The position numbers and the translations under genes are program-made. A stretch of 64,000 nucleotides of DNA from Syncephalis fuscata S228 (Eukaryota > Fungi > Zoopagomycota), in the NCBI GenBank assembly GCA_025786725.1, contig JAHLTZ010000055.1, forward strand, positions 1 through 64,000, written 5' to 3'. A model generated the notes under the pieces. The model made no database searches. It was given only the letters and a program-made list of their open reading frames with translations, and was not told the DNA's origin. Shown piece after piece: positions 14,255 to 24,818 of the stretch; the first letter of the stretch is position 1, and every line of letters starts with the position of its first letter.

Positions 14255-14842
14255 ATGTCGCTCTTTGGCCACCTACGACGCTACATAGTGCCAGCTTTGC
14301 GGTTAACACGGTTCATGGTTGTTTGGGGCTCTATCACAGTGACACTTTGGATACTCGCCTTGCCTGTTATTGCTCGCGAAGTATTCAAAGGTTTATTACG
14401 TCGAAATGCTGCTCGTAATACACAGCCGTCTTCTACACATCAGCAGCAGCAGCAGCAACAACAACAACGACAGCAGCAGCAATCACCACCGTCACAACAA
14501 CAGCAACAGCAGCGACGATCATCAACATCACCAAATCGTCGTTATGCTACTGCAGAAAATCGCTCAGCAGCACGACAGTCCTATAATGATAATACAGGTG
14601 CATCTTGGTCACGTTCCAGCTCTAATGACTCTACCAATAGTCATTATTATCGAACATCCACCTCATTTACTAACGAAAATCTAGCTAATGGCCGTACTCA
14701 TACTACTACTGCTAGTCATCGATCGGGCCGTCGTACACCGCCCAAATATACACGCACCCAAGTACCACCTTCTCCTCCGCGTAGTACATCGCCTCCTCAG
14801 CCACGAGTTCATAATGTCTCGCCTAGTGGATGGCATATGTAA
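14255..14842 (+). CDS. Hypothetical single-pass membrane protein with polyQ and S/T/P-rich tail
   Basis: ATG at 14255 opens a 195-codon frame with one hydrophobic segment (FMVVWGSITVTLWILALPVIA) followed by low-complexity sequence. GC content is elevated relative to the flanks. Confidence 0.55.
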   Translation: MSLFGHLRRYIVPALRLTRFMVVWGSITVTLWILALPVIAREVFKGLLRRNAARNTQPSSTHQQQQQQQQQRQQQQSPPSQQQQQQRRSSTSPNRRYATAENRSAARQSYNDNTGASWSRSSSNDSTNSHYYRTSTSFTNENLANGRTHTTTASHRSGRRTPPKYTRTQVPPSPPRSTSPPQPRVHNVSPSGWHM

Positions 14843-16450
14843 TTAAGGAGTAATTATAGCAACATTTATATACTTATACATGTTTGCAGATATGAATATG
14901 TCATTTGCATATGAAATGGATTTTTCCATTTTTAAATTTAATGGAACTTTACTGTTTGTCTTAAATCTTGCTTAAAATATTATTAGTGCTATGCTCAATT
15001 GATTATCGGAGTAGATAGGATGCGCGGATATATGTGCAACGATGCAATCCAGAATGGTAAAAATATATCTTAGCGCTCAATAAATACTACTTTTATCCAG
15101 ACTTACGAAATAATCAAAATACTTTTATTATGTTAATTGTTACTGAATATATGTTCTATGATAATGAGTAGTTTTGGTGTTAAATGACTTTTATTCTTAG
15201 TGCATTTATTCATTTACTATTAATCTGCTCTATGATGTACCAACATGTTGGGTAGATTGACTTTTATTATTTACACTTCATTTATTAATGAATTAAACTT
15301 TTTTGTTTATAAATATTGACTGACAGGCTCACATCTCACAATCTACGTCATCACATTTCCTTTCTCTTTCTTTACACTTGACAACATATATCCATTGCAT
15401 ATACTTGTACACTCTATATATACCATCTAAATAGTGTTAGTAGTTGAATGACTACTAGTTATGTACAAACACCTTTTACACTATGTCCTTGTATTGCTCT
15501 TTTGTAATCTGACCTCTTTTTATAAATCACCATTACTCTGATCATTATTACTGATACCTTTATTAACACGGTAAGTGCATTTTTTTTGGTTATAGTATGT
15601 TATGTCGCGTATATTCCACTACAGTAATTGTATAAAAAAGCTGTACATACGCACAGTAGCAATATCAGCAATAATACTAGTATAATTTCTGAATAAGCCT
15701 TCAGTACCAGTTTAACAATATGATCTGCTACTGTTCTTACTACTGTACGTGTACAGTTGCTAGCGCAATTGCTGTGTTAATTATATGTGCTGTTATTTCT
15801 TGGCCGATTGCCTTTTTTGCTCTATTCCAGTATTTGAATAATTTCATTTATCAGTATTTCTTGTTAAGCAGCAATATTTGTATGGCGTTGTGTTAAACTT
15901 TTTATTTCTGTATTGCTTTTCCTGATCTAGTACTGTAATTGGCGTTAGTTTTTATGAAGAATTATTGCAGTATATTTTTTATAGTACATTCTACTGGCCC
16001 ATATATAAGACGCGTTATTTTTAACTATTAAGCAGATATTACTATATTTTATTCAATAAAGTATATTCGCAATAAAAGCATAGAAAAAATTACACAAATT
16101 GCAGCGTGTTTATAGTGTGCATTTCAAAAAATTACTTTTATTATTAAATAAATCACTATATTTTCTTATTCAATTGCTTGATAATAACATTCGCAGTTAA
16201 TAACAATCCACCACGCCTAAAATTATCAGATAATAAACTTTAACTTTTTTGGTTAAATTATTTGGCATTTGCTTAGCTACCACTTTTACGGCTATTATGT
16301 CGCGTAGATTTAAAGATATTAGTACAGCTGCCTGTACTCATATTGCTGTATTTGATTTAAATAATAAAGGCTTTTTTAAAAAATCAATCTTAATACACAC
16401 TAACAATATTGTCGTAAGTCTAAAAATAAGAATATGTCTTAGATTGCTTT

Positions 16451-16540
16451 GCATAGATATATTAAGATACTTGTGTAGTACACGCTCACTGTAAATACAT
16501 ACATGATTTACCCATCTTATAATAAAGTATTGGTCTTCAC
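16451..16540. repeat. Dispersed ~90-bp direct repeat, copy 1 (copy 2 at about 23002-23090)
   Basis: acttgtgtagtacacgctcactgtaaatacatacatgatttacccatcttataataaa versus acttgtgtagtacacgcttactataaatacatacaaaatttgcccattttataataaa. Confidence 0.75.
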
Positions 16541-17035
16541 TCTATTTTATTTTATTAATTAATTGGTTGTCTTTTCATGACAACGTATTTGATTTGTTTA
16601 TTTATTTATTTTTATAATATTCTATGCTTTATTGCTATGTTTTATTAAAAAGTGCCTTTATTCTAATTTCAGTATGACATTATTTGGCTATATAATAATA
16701 ATAGCTTTGCTAATATCCATACCAATCTATGTTTATAGCTTACATTATGTAATTATAGATATAGCAATTTGATTGTATATAGTTAAGATGGAACCATAAG
16801 TTTATTACTATAAGCTTGCACAGTTGAATAGAAACAACTAGATGCAAAGTTGTTGGCAAAATAATGATTCCATTGATTAAAGACTGGATAAACCAAAGCA
16901 TTGGCCAATACTTGATATAAATAGACTGGACGGTGTAGTTGTCAAATGGCCTTGCTTTTCACCGAATATATACCTATAGTGTATTGGAATAGTGATTTGA
17001 TTGCACTACTAATGCTGATGTCTTGAAACCATCAA

Positions 17036-20000
17036 TTATACTGTATTTACAAATAAATATATTATATGCCATATAATTAATGCATAGCCAGTCAATATAT
17101 AATGCTACTTACAGCCTATTATTATTAAGTTGTTGATACACATGGTGCATAACATGCAATTAGTGAGTAATCAATTAGTATACAATACAACTCACAATAT
17201 TCTAATGTTGAGTTGTTTATGGATAAAATACATAGTATATAATTAGTGCATAATCAATTAATACACAGTACAACTTACGCTCTATTAATATTAATTTGTT
17301 GATATACATAATATAAGATATAAAATTAATGTATAATCAATTAATACGCAACACAACTTACTGCCTATTATATTAAGTTGTTAATGCATAAAGTAAATGG
17401 CACATAATTAATGTATATTTAGTTACCATATAATAATACTTACAAGCTATTAGTATTAAGTTATTGATACACACAATACATAGCATGTGATTAGTGAGTA
17501 ATCAATTAATATAAAATGCAATTTACAATACTCTAATATTAAGTTGTTGATACGCAATACATAATATATGATTAGTGAGTAACCAGCTAATATACAATAT
17601 CACTTACCCCCTATTAATATTGAATTATTGATGCACATAGTAAATAGCATGTGATTAGTGCATAGTCAGTCAATATGCAATACAACTTACTGCCTATTTA
17701 TATTAAGTTATTGGTACATACAGTACATGACACATAATTAATGTATAATCAATTAATATACAATGCCACTTACAATCTATTGTATTAAGCGATTATTACA
17801 ATCAATAAATAGCATAGTCAATATATAGTTAATTAGTATACAATACAACTTACTAGCTATTGTATTGGGCAATAGATACAGTTAATAAATAGCATAATTA
17901 ATGTATAGTTAGTTAATATACAATAAAACTTACAAACTATTAATATTAAATAATTGATACAATTATTAAATAGTATAGTTAGTATATATTCAGTTAATAC
18001 ACAAGACTACTTACCAGCTATTAATATTAAATAATTAGTATAATCAGTAAATAACATATAATTAGTGAATAGTCAGCTAGTATACAATAAAACCTACATT
18101 CTATGAACATTAAATAATTAGCACAATTAGTAAATAGTATAGTTAATATATAGTCAGTTACTATACAATAATACTTACTAGCTATTAATATTAAACAATT
18201 ATTACAGTCAATAAATAGCATAGTTAATATATAGACAGTTAATATACAATATTACTTACGATCTATTAATATTAGATAATGAGTATAGCCGATAAATAAC
18301 ATAGTTAATGTATAGTCAGTTAATATACAATATCACTTACCCCCTATTAATATTAAATAATTGGCACAATCAGTAAATAGCATAATTAATATATAGTTAG
18401 TTAATACACAATACCGCTTACCCCCTATTAGTATTAAATAATTGGTATAATCAGTAAATATTATAGTTAATGTATAGTCACAGCTAATATACAATATTAC
18501 TTACTAACTATTAATATTAAATAATTGGCACAATCAGTAAATAGCATAATTAATATATAGTCAGTTAATATACAATACCACTTACCCCCTATTAACATTA
18601 AATAATTGGTAAGATTAGTAAATAGTATAGTTAATGCATAGTTAATTAATATACAATACAACTTACGATCTATTAATATTAAATAATTGATATCAGCAAT
18701 AAATAGCATAATTAATGTATAATCAAATAATATCCAATACAACTTACGAACTATTAATATTAAATAATTGATATCAGCAATAAATAGCATGATTAATGTA
18801 TAGTTAGTTAATACACAATACCACTTACGGGCTATTAATATTAAATAATTGGTAAAATCAGTAAATAGTATAGTTGATGTATAGTCAGTTAATATACAAT
18901 ACAACTTACCGCCTATTATATTAAACAATTGATACGCACAATAAACAATATACAATTAGCCAATGATCAATTGATATGCAATATAACTTACAATCTATGG
19001 CATTAAGTTGTTGATATACACGGTGCATAGTATATAATTAATACATAGTCAGTTAATATACAAAACAACCTACTGTCTATTATATTAAGTTATTGATACA
19101 CACAATACACGATATATAATTAGTCAGTAGTCAATTAATATACAATACAACGGGGGGACGTTGCTAGCCCAGTTGGTAAGGCAGCGTCTCCCGAGCTGAA
19201 GGCTCCGGGTTCAAACTGAGGTTTGAACCAATCCTTAAGTGGAAAATCCCCCCCCCAGTTTTCTCTAGTTAACAAATTGCAAACCAGAACCCAATAAGTA
19301 GGTCCGGAAACAAGACCTTGGCCAGAATAGCCGAGGAAAACCCAATTGGGACCAACTTCAAGAGAATAGTGCTGTGTAGCACCATTTAAAGGAAGATGGC
19401 CTCCGTATAAAATCTATATGGACCAGATTTTACGCAAAAATGTGACAGTCCACCCGTTAAAAGTTTGGAAAAGTCCAAATATAGTGGGAAGCAGCGCAAA
19501 TTCTTTAATTATGCGCAGCGGGGGCTCACAAGCTCTTCAAAATAAAATAAAATAAATAATATACAATACAACTTACCATCTATGGCATTAATTTATCGAT
19601 GTACGCAATACATGGTATATAGTTAATTTGTAAGCCAGCAACATACAATACAACTTACAACCTATTAGTATTAAGTTATTGATATACACAATACACGATA
19701 TATAATTAGTCAATGTTCAATTAATATATAATATAACTTACATTCTATTAGTATTAAGTTATTGATATACATGATGCATGATATAAATTAGTTTATAGTC
19801 AGTTAATACAAAATACACCTTACCCTCTATGGCATTAAGTTGTTGATACACACAATACATGGTATGATTAGTATATGACCTATTGATATACAATATTACT
19901 TACTGCCTATTATTATTAGGTCATTGATGCACAGTGTATAACATGCAATTAGTGAATAATCAATCAATATAAATACAACTTACATTGCTCTAATATTAAG

Positions 20001-21127
20001 TTATCGATGGATGCAGTACATGATACATAATTAGTGTATGTTCTATTAATATGTAATGCAACCTACCAGCTATTGATATTTATTTGTTAATGCACACAGT
20101 GTATAGTTAGTTAATATATAATAATACCGCCAACCGAAATGAATAAGGAATATTGGAGACGACGAGTGATTGAGAAGAAAAGATGCTGTTAAAAGACGAA
20201 CGAGCAATGTCAATAGAAGAAAAGAAAGACGTAGAGATATCAAGGCAACAAAAAACAGAAGGTAGTGACGAGAGTGATATGGCAATGGAGAACGTGGAAA
20301 TAACAGTCACAAAATATTAACCAAAACAAAATAGAAAGGTGCAGACAAGTATAAGCGCGTTTGAAATCAGCAATCCAAAAAGTAAGGTAATGGGTGCAGC
20401 GCAGAGTAAATGGAGTCAGATAGAAAAGCCCGGTCAAAGACAATAATAGTATTAAGAAAAAAAAAGAAAATAAAATAAGATAATAACAATTATATAGTCA
20501 ATAATAGGCAATAAGAACAAGTACAATGATTCCAAATGGCCAACCCATACCGGATGCAGTAGAAAGAAGCGAAAATACGAAGCAGATACTGAGAAATGAA
20601 CAAAACAAGCACAGCAAGAAGGAAAGTCATGAAGAAAGTGAAACAGCAATAGCCAGCAATTAGATATTACCGAGTGTAAAAAGGTCCTGTAACAAAGGTC
20701 AAAGCCAGTAGAGTCATAGACAAACAATACATTCGGGGCCATATTAAATGGAGCACTGGCAGAGTGTCAATTAATATAGCGGCTTTAGTGTGAAATTGAT
20801 AGGACTCGGCTTCATACGAAAATATGGCGGTTCACTCGGTTTCAAAAACGTTACGTTATTTAGTAAGAACTGAGAGACAGTGCAAATTTGTAATTATGTG
20901 TAGCAAAAATACACAAGCTCTCCAAAATGAAAATAAAAATAATATACAATATCACTTACGATCTATTATAATTATTGGTTAAAAATACTGTTAGTAAACA
21001 AATACTGTTATATTTATTGTTATTGCAACATACCACGGCGAACTAAGGCTGGTTTAGCGTCCACCATGGCTGTACTAGCTACAATAGCCACGACAATGGT
21101 GCAAACGACGGCAATGGAAAGCTTCAT
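17036..21127 (-). CDS. Micro-exon gene 1: secreted prepro-peptide with a Cys-rich mature peptide; 35 exons, of which 33 are 3-6 nt
   Basis: Exon 1 (21127-21034) encodes MKLSIAVVCTIVVAIVASTAMVDAKPALVRR plus 1 nt. It is followed by 30 exons of 3 nt and 3 exons of 6 nt, each flanked by AG and GT. The last exon starts at 17040 (TA TAA). The spliced product ends DPEQCKECYDNCALHRVRGDPKSVSNCREYSCKQYCL*. Confidence 0.9.
19152..19556 (+). mobile_element. tRNA-derived SINE with 16-bp target-site duplication
   Basis: Pol III A-box TAGCCCAGTTGG and B-box GGTTCAAAC in the head, (AAAAT)n tail, and TSD taatatacaatacaac at 19136-19151 and 19557-19572. Confidence 0.85.
20128..20940 (+). mobile_element. Degenerate non-LTR retroelement fragment (5'-truncated LINE or relative) sharing its 3' tail with the SINE
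   Basis: A/G-rich insert that interrupts the array. Its 3' end cagtgcaaatttgtaattatgtgtagcaaaaatacacaagctctccaaaatgaaaat matches the SINE end cagcgcaaattctttaattatgcgcagcgggggctcacaagctcttcaaaataaaat. The flanking duplication is imperfect and no protein motif was recognised. Confidence 0.6.
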
Positions 21128-21459
21128 GGTGATATTAACTTGTTAAGACAAACAAATAAAAGAGATAGTAGAGTGTGGTTGGTATAGAGTGGTAGGTAGT
21201 GGGTGTATAGCAAGAAGTAAAGTGTGATGATGATATTGCAGTTGGTTGTGTGTATTTTGCAGGCTATTTAAACTTACGGCTATGCTGAGGTACTACTATA
21301 CTGTTGTATACGATATATACCATTGATGTGTAGCATGAACCAATAAAGCAATTCAGGTGATGATCTGAAATGCGCATGCACCAATGAATTCATGGCGTGA
21401 CAGCATGCTTCCCAGTTTTGATTTCAACCTAACCAGTTTTGATTTTAACCTGTCCAGTC

Positions 21460-21916
21460 TTTACTTCAATCTGTTAATCATTTGCACGAGTACTGTAACG
21501 GTATTCATAATACAGTACGTGTGCGATAAAAATAGATATATTGATTTGTATTTTGTTACACGGTCTATTTGGTAAAAACAAGTATATTGTTTGGCTTTGT
21601 AAAAACGATGGTGGTGCTTTTGCTGTTATTTCTACCGATTCGGCCCTCAATATCTGCATGCATACAAAATAGCGCACAACCTGCCCGGTCTTTACTTCAG
21701 TTTGCCAGTCATTTGCACAAATGGCATAACAATATTAATAATTTAGTAATATGGGATAAAAATAAACATACTAGCCTGTATTTTTTGTTACACGGTTTAA
21801 CTATTTGGTAAAAACAAGTATATTGTTTGGTTTTGTAAAAACGATAGCGGTGCTTTTGCTGCCATTTCTACCGATTTGGTCCTCAATATCTGCATGCATA
21901 CTAAACAACGCACAAC
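21460..21916. repeat. Tandem duplication of about 225 bp upstream of micro-exon gene 1
   Basis: 21460-21682 versus 21683-21916, sharing for example ctatttggtaaaaacaagtatattgtttgg and ctcaatatctgcatgcatac. Confidence 0.85.
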
Positions 21917-23001
21917 GCTGATACAAAAACAAGTTTAATGTATAAAATTAGTATTTTATACAAGTTTTTTACTGCTATACATAGGTAAGTTGTTATTTTT
22001 AAATTATAAAGTGTGTTGATTGGTATATGCATGCATTTTATTCGACACTATGCCCATTGTTATGGGGTAATAATTGTTTTGGATTTACAAATATATCGTA
22101 TCCAAGCATATCATGCTACATGCTGTGCAACTACCATCATTCAAATGGCGGCTAATCTAAATCACCTGAAATCGACTATACAATAAGTACTGTTTGTAAC
22201 ATGATACATCACAGAATTTTGAGCAATGAAGCATTCTAACAAGTCATTTTATCAGTTTCAGTTGTAAACTAAATTGTATCGGCTAAATTATACGCAATAC
22301 AATATGCAAACACTAGTTAAACACAATATAAAGTTTTAACCAAATATCAGCAATTTCAAATGCATAGTGACTGTGAATCGTATATCAATTGGTAATCATT
22401 CAAGGCCTAAGTTCTGTTTGCATTTCTGAACCACTTCTAACAAGTTAAGCAAGTTGGAATATAGAAGCCCAAGCCAAAGCAGAAATCAATGAAAAAACAA
22501 CTGGCAACTTAAAGGCTTACTGATTTAACCTGTAGCAAATTATTATAGTTATGTTAAACTGGACTGTGTTCATCAAAAGTCGACTGTTGCTGATGCGACT
22601 ATAACAGCAGCAATGTTAAACCGAGATAACTCACAGAAAATAGAGAGATGTAAATATAATTGAATCACCAAGTTTAGTAGGTAAATAACTGATTATTGTC
22701 ACTATAACTTATAATTCTGGCTCTTTGTATGGATAAATATTTACAATCACATTGTAACATCTTATATACTCACATGTACACGACCACCAACTAAGCCAAC
22801 TATTATAAGGCTTAATCTAATTATTTATCAGAATAAGTAACTAATATTATACATTATTGCAATAATAGAAAGACATATTAATTTATTTATTGACCATTAA
22901 TAAAAGTTGTATAGCTATATATTAAAATAAAACATCAGATTGAGTGTGTAATATTTATATTGTCATGAGTCTAAAGATAAAAATATGTTTTAGGTTACTT
23001 G

Positions 23002-23090
23002 GCACAGATATAATAAGGCACTTGTGTAGTACACGCTTACTATAAATACATACAAAATTTGCCCATTTTATAATAAAATATATTAGCTTT
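23002..23090. repeat. Dispersed ~90-bp direct repeat, copy 2
   Basis: Matches 16451-16540. Confidence 0.75.
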
Positions 23091-23338
23091 TTAGTTTTGT
23101 CTTCTAATTAGTGCCATACAGTTTATTCAGTTTATTATATTTAAACTATGCTAATGATAAGCAATAAGGAATAAGTTTACTTTTAGACCAATGTTAACTA
23201 ATTGACACTTTGTATTTTAAAAGTTAGGTTTAGTAAATATTGAATATCAGCATTATACAATAGCATCAGAATAATTTGTCGTTTAATCATTTAAGCTACA
23301 TAGCTATAATCAGAGCTATAACAATATAAAAATAGTCT

Positions 23339-24070
23339 TTATATTTGACCGGATAAACTAAGCGATTCAATAACTATAATAGCAATAAGAAGCGATACAA
23401 CGCCTACAACATTGACAATTCCCCATCGTTTGCTTTCCTTATGCTTTGAGAATGTCCAAAAAGCGCCAATGACCCATAGTGGAGGTACTAAAAATCCAAA
23501 CATAAATGTGAACATTGGGAATGGGTGTCGTCGCCAAAAAGACTTCTTATGAGCAATTGCTACTTGTATATCTTGAAAGTCGCTTGGCGTTTCTTGCTGA
23601 TACATTTCCTTGTGGTACATTTCTCGTCTGTTTAAATTTGAGAAATTATTAGAATAGCTTTCTGAATATGGATCGGCTATGTCACCATAGAAGTAACGGC
23701 CTTGCACGTGCTGTGCTGGAACAGCAGGAGCTGGCAACTCTGGCGCATAAGGCGGCGGCGGTGGTGGCGGCTTAAAATGGGTATTCTCTGCGTACTTGGG
23801 TGTCTCCATCTTGCGCGTCTTGTCGTATGCGTTGATCCCGAGGCCTATATTCGCGGATGACGGCTCAGCAACTACTTGCGAATAGAGTCGTTTTCGATAT
23901 GTATCATGGCTTGGCGTGCTACCTTCCCTACCACGACCATTATGTTCCTCGCCATCAATTCCTTTTGGTGTTGTTCGTCGCTTCTTTTCTGTGCCTTCAA
24001 ACGTACTCATGTCGGCGATATGAGCTTTAGGCGTTGTGTAAGTATTACCTTTATCGAATGTAGATGTCAT
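23339..24070 (-). CDS. Membrane protein with disordered Pro-rich N-terminus (PPPY) and C-terminal TM hairpin; paralogue 1
   Basis: 243-aa ORF containing PPPPPPPY and FTFMFGFLVPPLWVIGAFW...RWG. Confidence 0.75.
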   Translation of the reverse strand: MTSTFDKGNTYTTPKAHIADMSTFEGTEKKRRTTPKGIDGEEHNGRGREGSTPSHDTYRKRLYSQVVAEPSSANIGLGINAYDKTRKMETPKYAENTHFKPPPPPPPYAPELPAPAVPAQHVQGRYFYGDIADPYSESYSNNFSNLNRREMYHKEMYQQETPSDFQDIQVAIAHKKSFWRRHPFPMFTFMFGFLVPPLWVIGAFWTFSKHKESKRWGIVNVVGVVSLLIAIIVIESLSLSGQI

Positions 24071-24818
24071 GCTTTTATGGACTAATTAATATTATTGTAA
24101 TAAGAAATAAACAAGGAGAGATGACATCGTTTATAATAAATCTCTGACATTTTGGAAATTTGTAGCTGATGTTTCAAATTTATGATGCACGACAAATTTT
24201 TGAATACAATGCCCGATACTACTAAAGTAATATATATATAATTAAGATGGCTGTACTTAGGTTGCTTTTAGGCAAAAAATACTATATGACAATATTTTCA
24301 AAAAAATAATACTTAATTCTTGAAAGAGATACAAAAAGATTATAATTAGTTTTATGAAAATGGGGCGAACAATTAACTTTATGTTTAAACCAATGCGTTT
24401 ATTATCATTACCTTAATTGTAATAAATGATAAATTATTATGGAAATAAATTAACAATTACATCATGCAGTCGCGCATAATATGCGATTAAAAGTTTTAGC
24501 TATTTTTTATTGCTAAAATTATTTATTAAAATCCAATTATTTTTACGTAACTAAAAAAACACCTAAAGTATGGTAAAATGCATCTAATTCTTGAACGTAA
24601 AAAGAATTAAATAATTTATAATTACCGCATTTAATAATATTAATTACTACATTATCTAAAATGGTAATGTAGTATTTGGAATGGAATTGAGTAATAAACA
24701 AATTTTCATCACATTTTATTATACTTCAGGTGTTTATAATGACTTCAGTATAATAAATCACCTAGTCGACACTAAACAATATTGCTGGTTATTAATTGTA
24801 GAATTGGTTAGCATTGAC

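Larger units (their letters stand above)
17041..21033. repeat. ~81-83-bp tandem array, corresponding to the intron units of micro-exon gene 1
   Basis: Recurring + strand motif acttac-NNN-ctatt at about 81-83 bp spacing, interrupted by two insertions. Confidence 0.95.

Noticed and set aside
18027-18955. ORFs 18027-18221 and 18497-18955 (repetitive hydrophobic proteins)
   Set aside because: These are read-through of 81-bp (27-codon) intron units, an artefact of the repeat period.
19152-19230. Functional tRNA gene
   Set aside because: It has A and B boxes but no convincing acceptor or anticodon stems, and it is followed by a 330-bp body, an A-rich tail and a TSD, so it is a SINE head.
17041-21033. 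CRISPR array or plain minisatellite interpretation of the ~81-bp repeats
   Set aside because: Eukaryotic context with no cas genes, and the variable part is only 3-6 nt. The best-conserved positions are splice signals, and the variable triplets concatenate into a coherent ORF.
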